Of a stretch of 64,000 nucleotides of DNA, positions 36,200 to 48,557 are shown piece by piece (position 1 is the first letter of the stretch; each line of letters opens with the position of its first letter). The stretch comes from Octopus bimaculoides (taxonomy: Eukaryota). Made by a program: the position numbers and the translations under genes. The notes below the pieces were generated by a model. It was not told the origin of the DNA and did no database searches. It saw nothing but the letters and a program-made list of their open reading frames with translations. The stretch lies in assembly GCF_001194135.2 (NCBI RefSeq), contig NC_068991.1, positions 42,272,506 through 42,336,505 on the forward strand. Direction: 5' to 3'.

Positions 36200-37280
36200 C
36201 CTTTTACAGAACTTTCTTCATGGCTGGTGCCTTCAATGGACATGTTGGGCAACAACTTGATGATTTCTCTGATGTACATGAAGGCTATGGCTTTGGTCCT
36301 AGAGATCAGTGGGGAACAGAGTTCTTGGAATTATGCAATATAAATGACCTCATGATGTGCAACAGTAATTTCAAAAAACCAGTTAGTCACCTGATCACCT
36401 ATCAAATTAACTACATTCTGACCAGAAAATGGGATTTGTAAATGCAAAGTATGTAAAACCCAACATAGGTTAGTTGCTAATGACTTCAGAATTAGAGCTC
36501 ACAGACATAATCCAATCTGGAGAAGTTATGGAAGCTTATAAATCGAATTGGAGGGTCAAAAATTTGGAGAAGTATTGTTGAAACATTTGAAGGAAAGGAG
36601 ATGATAGAGATGTATAACATATAGGAAATGTTCCTTTGGAAACACTTAGTGATAGCAACAGACCAAATCTAAGGCTGGTGCAAAGTTTCAGTTAGACCAA
36701 GGATGACATAGCGGTGGAACAGTGAAGTTAGACAGCCATTAAAGTGAAGAATCAGCTTTGGAAAAACTGGAAAATTGAAGGCAACAAAAAATCATATCAG
36801 GTAGCTAGAAGAGAAGTTAATTGACAGGTGTTCCTAGCAAAGGGAGAAGCAGAAAGTTAGAGTTAGCAGATCTACAGTGTGAGTCTCAGTGGTATGAGGT
36901 GTTCTGGATTGCATGACCGTGTATCAGAAAGAAACAAGATGTTGTGGGTAAGAAGTGTGTATTGATGTATAATGGTCTACTTATATTTAGTGATTCTGAA
37001 AAGAAAGAGTCATTGAAGCGCTTCTATGAAAGGATACTATATGTGGAGAATGCATGGGAAAAAGAGTCTTCCTAACGAGGACCCAACAGAGGTATCAGCA
37101 GTATGATAAAACTATTTAAGATATGAAGGTAGGGAAAGCCCCCTGGCCCATCAGGAATCTGCTGAGATGCTTAAAATATCTGTCAGAATAAGATGTGGCC
37201 AAGCTGACCATATACATAATTAGGTTGTACAAGAAGGTGCTATGCCCAATGGCTAGTGTAGCAGCACTATTGTCAGTTGT
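36200..37280 (+). mobile_element. RTE LINE APE-to-RT relic
   Basis: AGAFNGHVGQQ...GYGFG...EFLELC..NDLMMCNSNFKKPVSHLITY, followed by a decayed linker and the start of RT. Confidence 0.75.
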
Positions 37281-37471
37281 TGCAAGGAAGAGCATCCATC
37301 TCTAAAACAATGCCTCAGTTACATATTCATCTAAGTCAGGCTAGCATGGGAAAGTATACATACAAACAAATGAATATATGAATGAATGGACACGCACACA
37401 AATTATATAATACATATGGTATTTACATTATTTACATTTGACGGATATTTGTCCTCATCTTGTTTGTTGTT

Positions 37472-37517
37472 AACACAACGTTTTGGCTGATATACCCTCC
37501 AGCCTTCGTCAGGTGTC
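37472..37517 (-). ncRNA. Penelope pLTR minimal hammerhead with G12->A lesion
   Basis: Minus strand GACAC CUGACGA A GGCUG gaggguauau CAGCC AAAA CGU U GUGUU; identical to the 38590 copy except GAAA->AAAA (CpG->CpA). Confidence 0.6.
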
Positions 37518-37918
37518 TTGGGGAAATTTCGAACCTGGGTTCTCATTCCTAACGATGTTACTATTATATTATTATTATATATTATTATATCCATCCATAC
37601 AGTTCACCATGGAAAAGGAACAGAACAATCAGCTGGCATTCCTGGACGTATTAATAACACGCACCGAGTATGGATTCAGGACATCCGTATATCGCAAGCC
37701 AACCTTCACTGGACGATACCTTAACTTCAATTCCCACCTTCCATACAGTGTAAAGAGAGGAATTGCTCAGTGCCTAAAACATCGAGCAAAGAATATAAGT
37801 AGCGATCGTGATACCCACCACGAAGAAATGATCAAGCTCAGTAACAATCTATTAAGAAACAACTACCCCAAGAACATACTATCTACTCCAATTATGAAGA
37901 AAAGAGAGGATGAAACCA

Positions 37919-38387
37919 NNNNNNNNNNNNNNNNNNNNNNNNNNNNNNNNNNNNNNNNNNNNNNNNNNNNNNNNNNNNNNNNNNNNNNNNNNNNNNNNNN
38001 NNNNNNNNNNNNNNNNNNNNNNNNNNNNNNNNNNNNNNNNNNNNNNNNNNNNNNNNNNNNNNNNNNNNNNNNNNNNNNNNNNNNNNNNNNNNNNNNNNNN
38101 NNNNNNNNNNNNNNNNNNNNNNNNNNNNNNNNNNNNNNNNNNNNNNNNNNNNNNNNNNNNNNNNNNNNNNNNNNNNNNNNNNNNNNNNNNNNNNNNNNNN
38201 NNNNNNNNNNNNNNNNNNNNNNNNNNNNNNNNNNNNNNNNNNNNNNNNNNNNNNNNNNNNNNNNNNNNNNNNNNNNNNNNNNNNNNNNNNNNNNNNNNNN
38301 NNNNNNNNNNNNNNNNNNNNNNNNNNNNNNNNNNNNNNNNNNNNNNNNNNNNNNNNNNNNNNNNNNNNNNNNNNNNNNNNNNNNNNA
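37919..38387. other. Assembly gap (469 N) inside the Penelope element
   Basis: N run; other gaps at 1339-1348, 10468-10560, 28757-28873 and 29595-29730. Confidence 1.
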
Positions 38388-38417
38388 AGCCCTAAAATTC
38401 ACTCCATAATTGCCCAT

Positions 38418-38490
38418 GGGCATATGGCGTAGTGATTAAGAGCGCGGGCTACTAACCCCAAGATTCCGAGTTCGATTCACGGCAGCGACC
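38418..38490 (+). other. tRNA-like Pol III head (A/B boxes) inside the Penelope 3' UTR; not a functional tRNA
   Basis: A box TGGCGTAGTGA, anticodon-like loop CT-ACT-AA, B box GAGTTCGATTC. Acceptor stem does not pair. Followed by (AAT)n. Confidence 0.65.
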
Positions 38491-38492
38491 TG

Positions 38493-38526
<34 letters not shown>

Positions 38527-38589
38527 TAATAATAATATAATAATAGTAACATCGTTAGGAATGAGAACCCAGGTTCGAAATTTCTCCAA

Positions 38590-38635
38590 GACACCTGACG
38601 AAGGCTGGAGGGTATATCAGCCGAAACGTTGTGTT
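38590..38635 (+). ncRNA. Penelope pLTR minimal type I hammerhead ribozyme
   Basis: GACAC CUGACGA A GGCUG gaggguauau CAGCC GAAA CGU U / GUGUU. Stem I 5 bp, stem II 5 bp, palindromic ACGU stem III (dimer type), GUU site after 38630; one extra A after A9. Confidence 0.75.
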
Positions 38636-39784
38636 AACAGCAAACAAGATGAGGACAAATATCCGTCAAATGTAAATAATGTAAATAATTCCTCATCTCT
38701 TAAATATGGAACTATATGGTATTTACTTCAGTGCAATGTGATTTTAAATATAATGTAACCCTATATTTTTGTACCTAAGAATCAAAAATATACTTTGTCC
38801 TGTTATATAATGTGGCCTCTGAGTAAACTGATACTTATTGAAAAATTTTTACAAACTAGTATAATACTCAGTAAATTTTAAAACACAAAACATAAAGCAA
38901 ATACTAAAACCAGCATGGTTCCTGTTATTACTAATGTTTGCTTAAAAGCTATTGAGGAAAAGCTATAGCACAGGTTAAGAGAAAGATTATTGCTCATAAG
39001 TAATCATTTTAAAATCCAGTAAACTGTTTTTTTCTAATGTCCTGTTGTTCTAAAATAGACAATTTTGTTTATTATTATATCCAGTATGTCATGTCAAAAA
39101 ATGAGTGTTTTATGTTTCCAATCTAACTTGCTTCAAAATCATTCTGCTTTTTAGTTTTTATTATAAAACTATGAAAATGCACAATCAGAGGAAAACTTCT
39201 GATATAAAGAAGGTTTTTTTGTAGAATCTCAGACACCACTCACTTGAAAATTTGAAAGATTAACTAACAGCTATTGTTTCCATATTTTGACATTTTCTTT
39301 GCATGTAACTTACATCCAGCATTACTAAAAATAAATTCAACTTTTTTCTCATCTTGCATCTATTCAGCCTATTGTTTCAGCCTGTTCTTGGTAGAGAACC
39401 CATTCTCGTCTCATAGATAGCTTACAGACTGGCATCTTCTGCAGTTTGGCTTTGGTCTTCTCTATGAGATGGATGTCAGAGGTATGTAGGGGAAAAGGAA
39501 GCCTTAGTGATTGGGGGACAGAAGTTGACAACATCTGAAAAGATGATGAGAATGATAGCAGATAAGAGTGGAGTGCTAAAGATAAGGTATGGCAGGCCTA
39601 AGATAGATGTAGTTCACACGAGAGAAAGAGAAAGTTGGAGATATAAGAAAGGGTGATTAGTAGAAATTAATAGGAAGGGGTGATACTGAGAATGAGGCAT
39701 GAATTTTAAAAGGAAGTGGTTTCAGCGGGTGTGGGAGTAAGAAGGACAAAGTATATGCATATTCTGCTCTCATGGTCATAGCAT

Positions 39785-40120
39785 GTGAAAGCACATGGCT
39801 CAGTCATTAGAGCGTCGGGTTCACAGTCATTAGGTAGTGAGTTCAATTCCTGGATTGGGCTGTGTGTTATGTTCTTGAGGAAGACACTTTATGTCATGTT
39901 GCTCCAATTCACTCAGCTGTAGAAATGAGTTGTGATGTCACTGGTGCCAAGCTGTATCAGCCTTTCCCTTGGTTAACATCGGTGGCATGAAGAGGGGAGG
40001 CTGGTATGCATGGGCGATTGCTGGTCTTCCATAAACAACCTTACCCAAACTTGTGCCTTGGAGGGTAACTTTCTAAGTGCAATCTCATGGTCTTTCATGA
40101 CTGAAGGGGGTCTTTACCCA
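39785..40120 (+). mobile_element. tRNA-derived SINE with a distinct central domain
   Basis: gtgaaagcacatggctcagt...gagttcaattcctgg head; body ...aggggaggctggtatgcatgggcga...; family name not assigned. Confidence 0.65.
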
Positions 40121-40199
40121 TTACCTTTGGTCTCATAAGATTACAACAGCTGAATAGTGTTCTAATTAGAAGACTAGAGGGATGGGTGTTGAAATGAAA

Positions 40200-40720
40200 G
40201 GTGAGAAAAGTTTGACTGGGACAGATTGGGTGCAAGTTCTACTGTGTGTATATAGATATACATTTTTAGGACCTCACTTTCATGAAGTTGAATGGGTCTT
40301 CTTGAGCACTGCAAATTGCCAGTCATCTCAGTTCTTTGTCATCCCTTCCATGACACACAAAGAATTTTTACTTTTTTCTTTTCTGCATGTCAAACATGGC
40401 CACTTCCCAAATGACAGTAGGATTTTATATCTTTTCTTACTGGTTAAGACTTTTGTCTTTGCTGAGTTTACTTTTAGATTCCTTGATTCTAGGTTTTGCC
40501 TCCACATATGGAACTCTTCCTCTAATTCTTTGACTGATTCATCTATTGGGACTAGGTGGTCAGCATAGAGAAATTCCTACAGACCACCAACCCTGAACAT
40601 CTTTTAATTTGGAACCATTATTATTATCCTCTTCTTTCAATGTTGCTTCCATTTCTTGCCGGATGTCTTCCCAACACCTAGGGCAAAGAAACTCACTGTA
40701 TACATTGGTAGGCCATTAAA
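40200..40720 (-). mobile_element. RTE LINE RT relic
   Basis: Minus strand EFLYADHLV...ELEEEFHMWRQNLESRNLKVNSAKTKVL. Confidence 0.7.
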
Positions 40721-40774
40721 ATAAAGAGACCAGATTGTTCATTTACAAAGTCATGTGATAGAAAAAAAAGGAGA

Positions 40775-41410
40775 AGGTCTGGTCTGTATGTGCTGGAAAG
40801 TCCCAAAGAATTGTTACACTTTCTCCCTTGGTTACAGTCTCAGGGTGGTGCTTGTACCATTTGTCAGCAGTTTTGATTTCATAATGCTGGCATTAACCAG
40901 TGTAGTTATTGGCCAACTCTGTCATGGCTTAATTTATACTCTACCAGTGCTAAAACCTTACACTCAGAGATTAGGTGATCCACTGTTTCAATCTCATCAT
41001 TGCAGTATCGGCACTTTGGGTTTACTCCATTTTTCATCACATTGGCTTAGTAGTTCCAAGTCAATAAGCTCTGATCTTGAGTAGCTAAAATAAAGCCTTC
41101 GCTCTCTGCTTTTAGCGCTGAGCTCTGTAGCCACTGATGAGTGTATTTCTGTTCTACATCAGCTTGTTTGCTACAGGTCACATATTTGCCATGCAGAGAT
41201 TTTTGATCCCACCTACCAGCTAATTGTTCAAGCACTTTTTGCTTTGCCAAATCATTCTGGAATCAACTGTAATTGCCCTCATATGATGAGTTGTGATTTT
41301 TTATTTATTTGCTTATCTGTCATTAGTTCATTAGTCTTGAAACTTGGTAGTTAAGCACATTCCACTAATTAGTACCATGGAGACAGCCTGATTACCACTC
41401 TCTGCTATGG
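40775..41410 (-). mobile_element. RLE-type (R4/Dong-like) non-LTR retrotransposon relic
   Basis: W..KSLHGKY...D...HQWL...LKAESEGFILATQDQSL.T.NY...CRYC...ETVDHLISEC (CCHC knuckle)...KWYKHHPE...ILWDF, with stops. Confidence 0.8.
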
Positions 41411-43710
41411 ATGACACTTCCATAAAGGTTTCTTTTAATATGGTTTGGAGAATTACAATAAGAAAGAAGAAACTCAGAATCCAGCCCAGATGGACACCTA
41501 TGTATATGCCAAATTGTTTGCTAAAGTTATTGAAAATATTCACCTTGCAGATATTCCCCTGTACATACCTTGCACTCTGTGTTTTTAATGACCATCAGAC
41601 TACAGTGCATTGTACTTTGGACAAAGACTATCTCCAGATCACTAAATGTGAGGTCAAGTGGCTTGTTTTTAGCTTAGAGCTTGCTTATAGTTGTCTCCTT
41701 AAGACAGCATCAATAGAACTTTATCCTCATACAAGTCCAAACTGCTTCTCAGCTAAAACTTTTCTGAATCAGCTGTGCTAACTCTTTCTTCTATCTTTAT
41801 CAAGGAGGTTCATCAATTTGATACCCTTCTTCCCAACTATCTAGATCAGTTACCTTTACTACAACTGTGAAGCTACATCTCTTCATGATATAGAGGTGTT
41901 AATTACCAAAACAAGTTCTTGCTGTTTACCAGGCAGTGTTTATGGTCTCCAATAGTTTTAGCATATATGCGTCCTTCTATTAAAGTGTAGTCAATAGCAG
42001 AGAGTGGTAATGAGGCTGTCTCCATGGTACTAATTAGTGAAATGTGCTTAGCTACCAAGTATTTAGACTAATGACCTAATGACAGCTAAGTAAATAAAAG
42101 AAAAACACAACTTGTCATGTGAGGGTAATTACAGTTGATTCCAAAATGGTCTCTTTTTACTTACCATAATAATGATAATCTTTTCTACTAAAGGCAATGG
42201 GCCTGGAATTTGTGGGGAGGGGGATAGTAAATTACATCGACCCCAGTACTCAACTGGTACTTATTTTATTGACCCTGAAAGGATGAAAGGCAAAGTTGAC
42301 CTCAGCAGAATTTGAACTCAGAATGTGAAGACTGATGAAATGCTGCTATTTTGCCCGGTGTGCTGACGATTCTACCAGCTTACCACCTTAATGATAATAA
42401 TAATAACAATGACAACAATAAATGGTTTTGTTGAGTAGAGAGAGAGAGAGTGCATAGTTTTTCCAGGGCTATATTTGGTTATAAATTAAAAGACATATAT
42501 TCTATCAATACTGTATTGATATAAATAAAATCAATTGTTTGGCATTCTGTTGTTAAATACATCAGCTGAAAGATGGTCTATGTCATTGACTTTAGGGGTG
42601 AGGAAATGTGAGTCATCACATTCATAGTTTTTCCAAAAGTATCTGCAGAGTAAGTGAAATATCTTCGAACTAGAATTGAACTTGAATTGCTTTTTTTATA
42701 AACTAGTCAGCGGATGAAGAACAGTGTAGATGATCCCTTTTATTAAAAGAATATCATATGCTGAACAATTTCTTTATGGTTGAAGCCCTGGTTAAATGCT
42801 TGCAATGGAGCATACATTGCTAACAGTATCTAAGGGCTAAGTTGGGTTGCCTAGAATTTCCTCCTATATTACAGCATTTATCACTGTTAGGAGAAGTAAC
42901 AATCTTTTTAATACCAACTCTCCTTAGTTTTCTTGTTTTAAAATGATTTAAGTCAAAACCTTCCATCAAAATTTAATTGTTAATTTATGTTCCAAACACC
43001 AACATAATAACAACAGTAAAGCTATTTCAATAAATTCTTCGTTATTTGAAACAAAAGCAGTGTATTCTAACAATATGGAAGCAAAAAGTTGATTCAGTTA
43101 ACATTCAATTTGAATTCTTGCTCATAAAGGAATAGATGTACCAGGAAGGACTTCCAGAAAAAATGCTTCTGAAAAGATAAAAGCTCAGCGGAATGTTTAT
43201 TACAGAGTTTTAAAGTTTTATACATTGTTGGAGCAACAGTTTAGTTTTTGTAATTTGTCACCTTTGAATATTTTACTGGTGTTTGTAAAGGAAGACAGTG
43301 AGCTAACAGAATTATTTGAGCATCAGAAAAATTGCTTTGTAGCACCTATTCGAGCTTTTGCATTCTGGGTTCAAATCCCACTGTGGTCAACTTTGCCTTT
43401 CATTTTTCTGGGTTGATAAAATAAAGTACTAGTCAAATTCTGGAGTTGATGGTGTCAATTAACCTCTTCCTTTAATATTACTTACCTTGTACCTAAATCA
43501 GAAGCAAGAGGAAAGTTTGTGATTGGAAGGAAAACAAACTAAATGACAGTTAGTTCTACAAGAATGAAGTTGTAATATCAAAGACTGTGTTATATGTTTA
43601 ATGAGTTGGGGGTGTTGATGCCAATCAAGTATGTCATATAGTAACCATTACTTTTCAAATTTTACTCACTTGGCATTTCTTTCAGCTAATTCTAGCATGT
43701 TATATTTCAG

Positions 43711-43911
43711 TGATTTACGAATGACCAGGAATAATTTACTGGATCTTCTCACTGATCCTGGCCATGATAAGACAACAATTATCAAAGCATACACTGAATA
43801 TTTTGCCTTCTTGCAAGGTCTTTATCAGAACTATGAAGGCCAATCTGAAAACAAGCTGCAAAAAGCTATCTACTTTAAATGGACAAACACACTCAAAGGG
43901 AAGATACCCGT
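43711..43911 (+). CDS. BROX: BROX coding exon 2 (SDLRMTRNNLLDLLTD...KWTNTLKGKIP)
   Basis: atttcAG acceptor, GT|GTAAGT donor, 201 nt. DLR..R..LL.L.TD, YF..LQG and KL....FKWT.TL.G motifs; frame continuous with exon 1. Confidence 0.95.
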
Positions 43912-44422
43912 GTAAGTTATTTTTTATTAATTCTGTTTCAATTTTTTCTTGTTTTGTATATATTTCTCTTTCCTTTGAATTATTATTGTTTTTATCATAC
44001 TCTCATCCTTCACTCTTGTGACAATAATAAAGTGATCTTTTTTATTGTTATTGTAAGTGTTGCTACTGGTTAAAAGAGCACAGTATTTTAATAGAATTTT
44101 AATTTCAGTATAGCTGAAGCTCTTAGCTTCTGTCATATTTGTGTAATATATCTGAGGTGCTTTAAAATACGTCTTATGCTTCAATGGGTAATGGCAGTTC
44201 AGTTAAGGCGGTCTGCTTCCTAGGCAACTGAATTGAAAATGTTTCTTCCCTTACCATCTAATAATGCATCCCAGAGATAGTTCTTTCTCTTTACAGAGAC
44301 ATATCGTGACCATTGGGAAGATTCAACATATACACATTCTCAAGAAGAGCAATTTCTCTAACCCAGACAGCTATTGTCCTATTGCTCACACATTCACATA
44401 TGCATGCATGCACACACACACT

Positions 44423-44459
<37 letters not shown>

Positions 44460-45506
44460 TTACATAAAGTGAGCAGAGCAGCTAGGTAGCAGAAGGAAGA
44501 AAGAGAAAGAATCAAATATTTCCTTATAGGCTTTTATATATCAGATTTTTTTTTGTGTGTTGATATATATATATATCAAAATCATGTAGATAAAACTAGT
44601 CACACATCCTGGTCCGTTATTTAACTATGTCCTTTCTCTGTCTCTTTCACCTCTATCAATGAAATTCTTGCTCCTGTGATCTCACCAGCTCTATAACACT
44701 TCTGCCTACTGCATTCAGAAAAACAAGATGGATTTCTTCTGTGAAAAACTCAGCCTTCAACCTGCTAAGAACTGAAGATAAAACCAAAGTTCTAAAATAT
44801 TCTTTTTAAATGTTGATGAACTTCATCCTTGTTACACATCCTTGTCTCTCCATGCAAATTTTCTTCTTAGCTTGATAACCTTTCTATAGTTGGTCCCACA
44901 ATAACACACCATGAACCTGTTTTACATTTAATACAACTGCCTTTTCTTTGGGTATTTTTAGTAGAGTTCAGTGTGTTACAAGTATTTGGACCAGTTTTCT
45001 TTTTTCTCTGTCATTTACCATGTTTTTTTTTCTGTGTACATTAATCTAGTTGTTTAACTGGGTATCAGCTGCATCAATCTTATCAGTTTAGGTGGACCTG
45101 CAAAGGACATGGTTGGTGCCTCTATCCTCCTGACTAACTTAAATTCTCTTTCTCCTATCCCCTTTTTGCTGTATCTCACTGTTCAACCCCTATATTAATC
45201 AATTCCCCCAAATTATATCTGATGTTAACTTTCTTGCTCATGTTTCCCCACTCCACCTTCACCCAAGCACTAACAATTCTAAGTGAATATTTAGCAACTG
45301 CTGAAACCTCAGTTACGTTTCTGTTTCAGTCAAAGAATGTGTTAAAAGAAAGCCTTCCTCTGTTAGACTATTTAAATTTGTTTAATCCCATGTGCATTAA
45401 TTCTTGTACCCCCCACCCCACTACACACACTCACACACACAAGTAAACACATACATATGCTCAAAATAATTGACTTTCATAGTTTACATTGTTTGAATTT
45501 TTTCAG

Positions 45507-45602
45507 AGTACAGAAAGATGCAATTTTCGAACATGCTTCAATGGTTGTCAATGTTGCTCTCTGGTTTACCAAACATGCTGCAAAGTTGGCAGCCCGTGAT
45601 AA
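45507..45602 (+). CDS. BROX: BROX coding exon 3 (VQKDAIFEHASMVVNVALWFTKHAAKLAARD)
   Basis: tttttcAG acceptor, AA|GTAAGT donor, 96 nt. DA.FE..SM..NVALW.TK motif. Confidence 0.95.
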
Positions 45603-46359
45603 GTAAGTCAAACTTTTGGTGGTGTTATTAACTCCTCTCTCTTTCTTGAATGCTTGAATTATTTAATCCATAGACATACACACACAAAGGGATGGTGTGT
45701 GTGTGCATGCATGCTCAAAGTTACTTCTCTTCATTATTTCCCATTGATAATGGCTAAAGAGCTAGAAACACATCTGGGAATCTGACAGAGGTCAGCACTG
45801 GACAGATAAGTGTGTGAATCTGAGAGGGGGATATATTGAATAAAATCATAATTAAGTGATCCTCCTGTATTTTCTTTTATCCAAAGTGAGGAATTTTTCA
45901 GCACTCCCCCGTACATGCATATATATATGTGTGTGTATACATACATACACACACACTTTGTAAACCTGAGTCTACTCTCTGTTACACTCATTTTCAGCTA
46001 TGCTACTGAATAGCAGCATACATGATACTGTGGATAGTAACAGAAAGTAATGTCAGTACTATAATAAGTATTTCCTCTCTACTTTTGCACTGACTACTTT
46101 TTCCCTCTTGTTTGTAAACTCAAAACTCAAATATCCATAAAGTGAATACATGCACAATCACCCCACCCTGTGTGTGTGTGTGTATGAATAATACACACAC
46201 ACACACACACACACACACGTGTGTGTGTATGAGTATGTATGTATGTACATGTGTGTGTCTTCATTCTATGTTGCCTTTTTTGTAAATGGCTGAGTGTTTG
46301 CTAGCATTAAGAATATCTGTAAATGTTCTTACTATATCTTAATACTGTACAAACCAAGG

Positions 46360-46690
46360 TGACATGTAAAAAGCACTGAGGCTGGTGCCACGTAAAAAAG
46401 TACTGATGCTGGTGTCACATAAAAAGCACTGGTGCTGATGCCACATTAAAATCACTGGTGCTGGTACCATGTTAAAATCACTGGTGCTGGTACAACATTA
46501 AAAGCACTGGTGATGGTGCCACATAAAAAGCACTGGTGATGATGCCACATAAAAAGCACTGGTAATGGTGCCACATGAAAAGCACTGGTGATGGTGTCAC
46601 TTGAAAAGCACTGGTAATGGTGCTACATAAAAAGCACTGGTAATGGTGCCACATAAAATGCACTGGTGATAGTGCCACATAAAAAGCACC
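46360..46690 (+). repeat. Minisatellite, about 11 copies of a ~28-bp unit (ataaaaagcactggtgatggtgccac) inside an RTE-tailed SINE
   Basis: Direct tandem copies without unique spacers; shorter arrays of the same unit at about 22990-23135 and 11180-11280. Confidence 0.85.
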
Positions 46691-46997
46691 TGGTACACTG
46701 TAAAGTGGTTGACATTAGGAAGGGTATCCAGCTGTAGAAACCAAACCAAAAACGACTATGGAACTTAGTGTGGTCCCTGGCCTTATCAGCTCCCATCAAG
46801 CTGTCCAACCCATGCCTGCATGGCAAACAAATGTTAAATGATGATGATTTTTCAGTGAGAACTGAAGTAAGAAAGGTTATAAAGCACTCTTTAAGTGTTT
46901 GCAGTCAAAGGTGTTTCTAAGTAACTAAAGAAATCCCTCACATTAAATCTGCATTTGTTGTGTTTTTTTACTTACCATGTTCTGTCTTGTGCTGCAG

Positions 46998-47070
46998 CAT
47001 GGGCATGGACGAAGCAAAGGAAGTTCATAGATGTCTTCGTATTGCTGCTGGCATGTTTACATATGTGAAG
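46998..47070 (+). CDS. BROX: BROX coding exon 4 (MGMDEAKEVHRCLRIAAGMFTYVK)
   Basis: gtgctgcAG acceptor, AAG|GTAAGT donor, 73 nt. DEAKEVHR.L.IAAG.F motif. Confidence 0.95.
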
Positions 47071-47790
47071 GTAAGTGTTCTTTCAACTGCAAAACTTACA
47101 ATGGTTGTTGTTTAGCCTAAGACATGTCCTGATACAGCAGGTCTAGGACCAAAGGCTTTCCAACTGTGACTATCACATCTTAGACATGCTAGTGTCTAGG
47201 AGTACAATATCTTATGAGTGTATTTAAAACAGAATAGGATTTGGGAGAGATTTGATTGCTATTTTTAGCAGGTTGACCAATCACATAGAGATCTCTCGCA
47301 ATAATTTAACCAAGTGAAGAAAAAGGACCTGGAATTATATTTTATTCTTGTTTCTTTAATTAATTCATTTTATTTTGGTGATTTTAAGTTAATGTTTAAA
47401 TTGCAAGGTTATCTTTCATAATAGGTACATTTTTTTGTTAGTTATTCATTTCTTCATTTGTTGGATATAGTTTGCTGATTTCATCTCAGGATGGAGATCA
47501 TCCCAGTAGTTCAGCAAAAATAAAAGGAGATTCTTATGATTTTTATTTGACAAGAAGGAAAATATATATTCTGAAGAATAGTTAAAGAATATCAACATGT
47601 GACACCTTGGGCAGGTGTCTTCTACTATAGCCTTGGGCCAACTAAAGCCTTGTGAGTGGATTTGGTAGACAGAAGAAGCCTGTTGTATATATGTGTGTGT
47701 GTCTGTACCCCACCACCACTTGACAGCTGGTATTGATGTGTTTACATCCCTCTATCTTAGCAGTTCAAGTGAAAAAAGACTGGTAGAAAA

Positions 47791-47999
47791 TGAGGGAGTG
47801 CTGAAAAGTTCCTGACTTTGAATTAAAAAAATACAGGAGGATTAGTTAATTATGATTTTATTAAACATATTCCCCTCTCAGATTCACATACTTATTGTAT
47901 TCAGTTTTTCTAAGCCCTGTAAAAGAACTCAGAAGGTTGGGGTTCCAACCAAGCCTTTTGCATTACCCTTAAAGCCAGGAACTTTTCAGCACACCCTTG
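47791..47999. mobile_element. Mariner-type MITE nested in a SINE
   Basis: Same family as 13450-13666; interrupts the SINE gatagaa|taagtacc segment. Confidence 0.75.
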
Positions 48000-48135
48000 T
48001 AAGTACCAGGCTTTAAAAAAAAAATCCTAATTACATTTCTATAAAACCAGCTTAAAATTAGCTATCATTAACAAATGTTCCTTATATATTTTATCCCTTC
48101 ATCTACTGAATAATGAACTTTTTTTTTCTTCAAAG

Positions 48136-48238
48136 AATGACTTGTGTGCAAGACTTGTAGACATTGATAGTGGTACTGATTTGGATGTTCGTGTTCTTGA
48201 TGCTTTCATTTACCAATCTACTGCCGAAGCTCAAGAAG
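48136..48238 (+). CDS. BROX: BROX coding exon 5 (NDLCARLVDIDSGTDLDVRVLDAFIYQSTAEAQE)
   Basis: Poly-T + caAAG acceptor, G|GTAACA donor, 103 nt. DL..R...A...Q..AEAQE motif. Confidence 0.9.
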
Positions 48239-48480
48239 GTAACAAATTCAAATATTTATTTACAAAAGCAAAAGAAAATTGTATATTTTTAAGAGCAACA
48301 CTCTGAGGTTTATGGTTCTTGTATCAATCTTAATGTCCTTATTTCAAATTTCCTTCAACTTACTTTTGCATTTGTATATAGGTGTGTGTATGTGTATATA
48401 TATACACATACACATACATATGTGTGTGTGTATGTGTATGTATAATGTATATTTATATTATAGAATTATACTTTATATTG

Positions 48481-48553
<73 letters not shown>

Positions 48554-48557
<4 letters not shown>

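Larger units (their letters stand above)
37427..38713 (+). mobile_element. Penelope-like retroelement insertion: inverted pLTR + 5'-truncated RT body + 3' pLTR
   Basis: RT C-terminal ORF 37591-37918 (IQFTMEKEQNNQLAFLDV...VYRKPT..GRYLNF.SH.P...KRGI). Gap 37919-38387, ORF stop at 38409. Inverted copy 37420-37590 of 38518-38687. 13-bp TSD ATATGGTATTTAC at 37414-37426 and 38714-38726. Confidence 0.9.

Noticed and set aside
38418-38490. Functional tRNA gene (also the SINE heads at 26535, 35250, 39785, 57182, 60920)
   Set aside because: Acceptor stems do not pair and anticodon/T stems have mismatches; these are SINE-type heads.
46360-46690. CRISPR-like array
   Set aside because: Tandem units without unique spacers, eukaryotic context, no cas genes.
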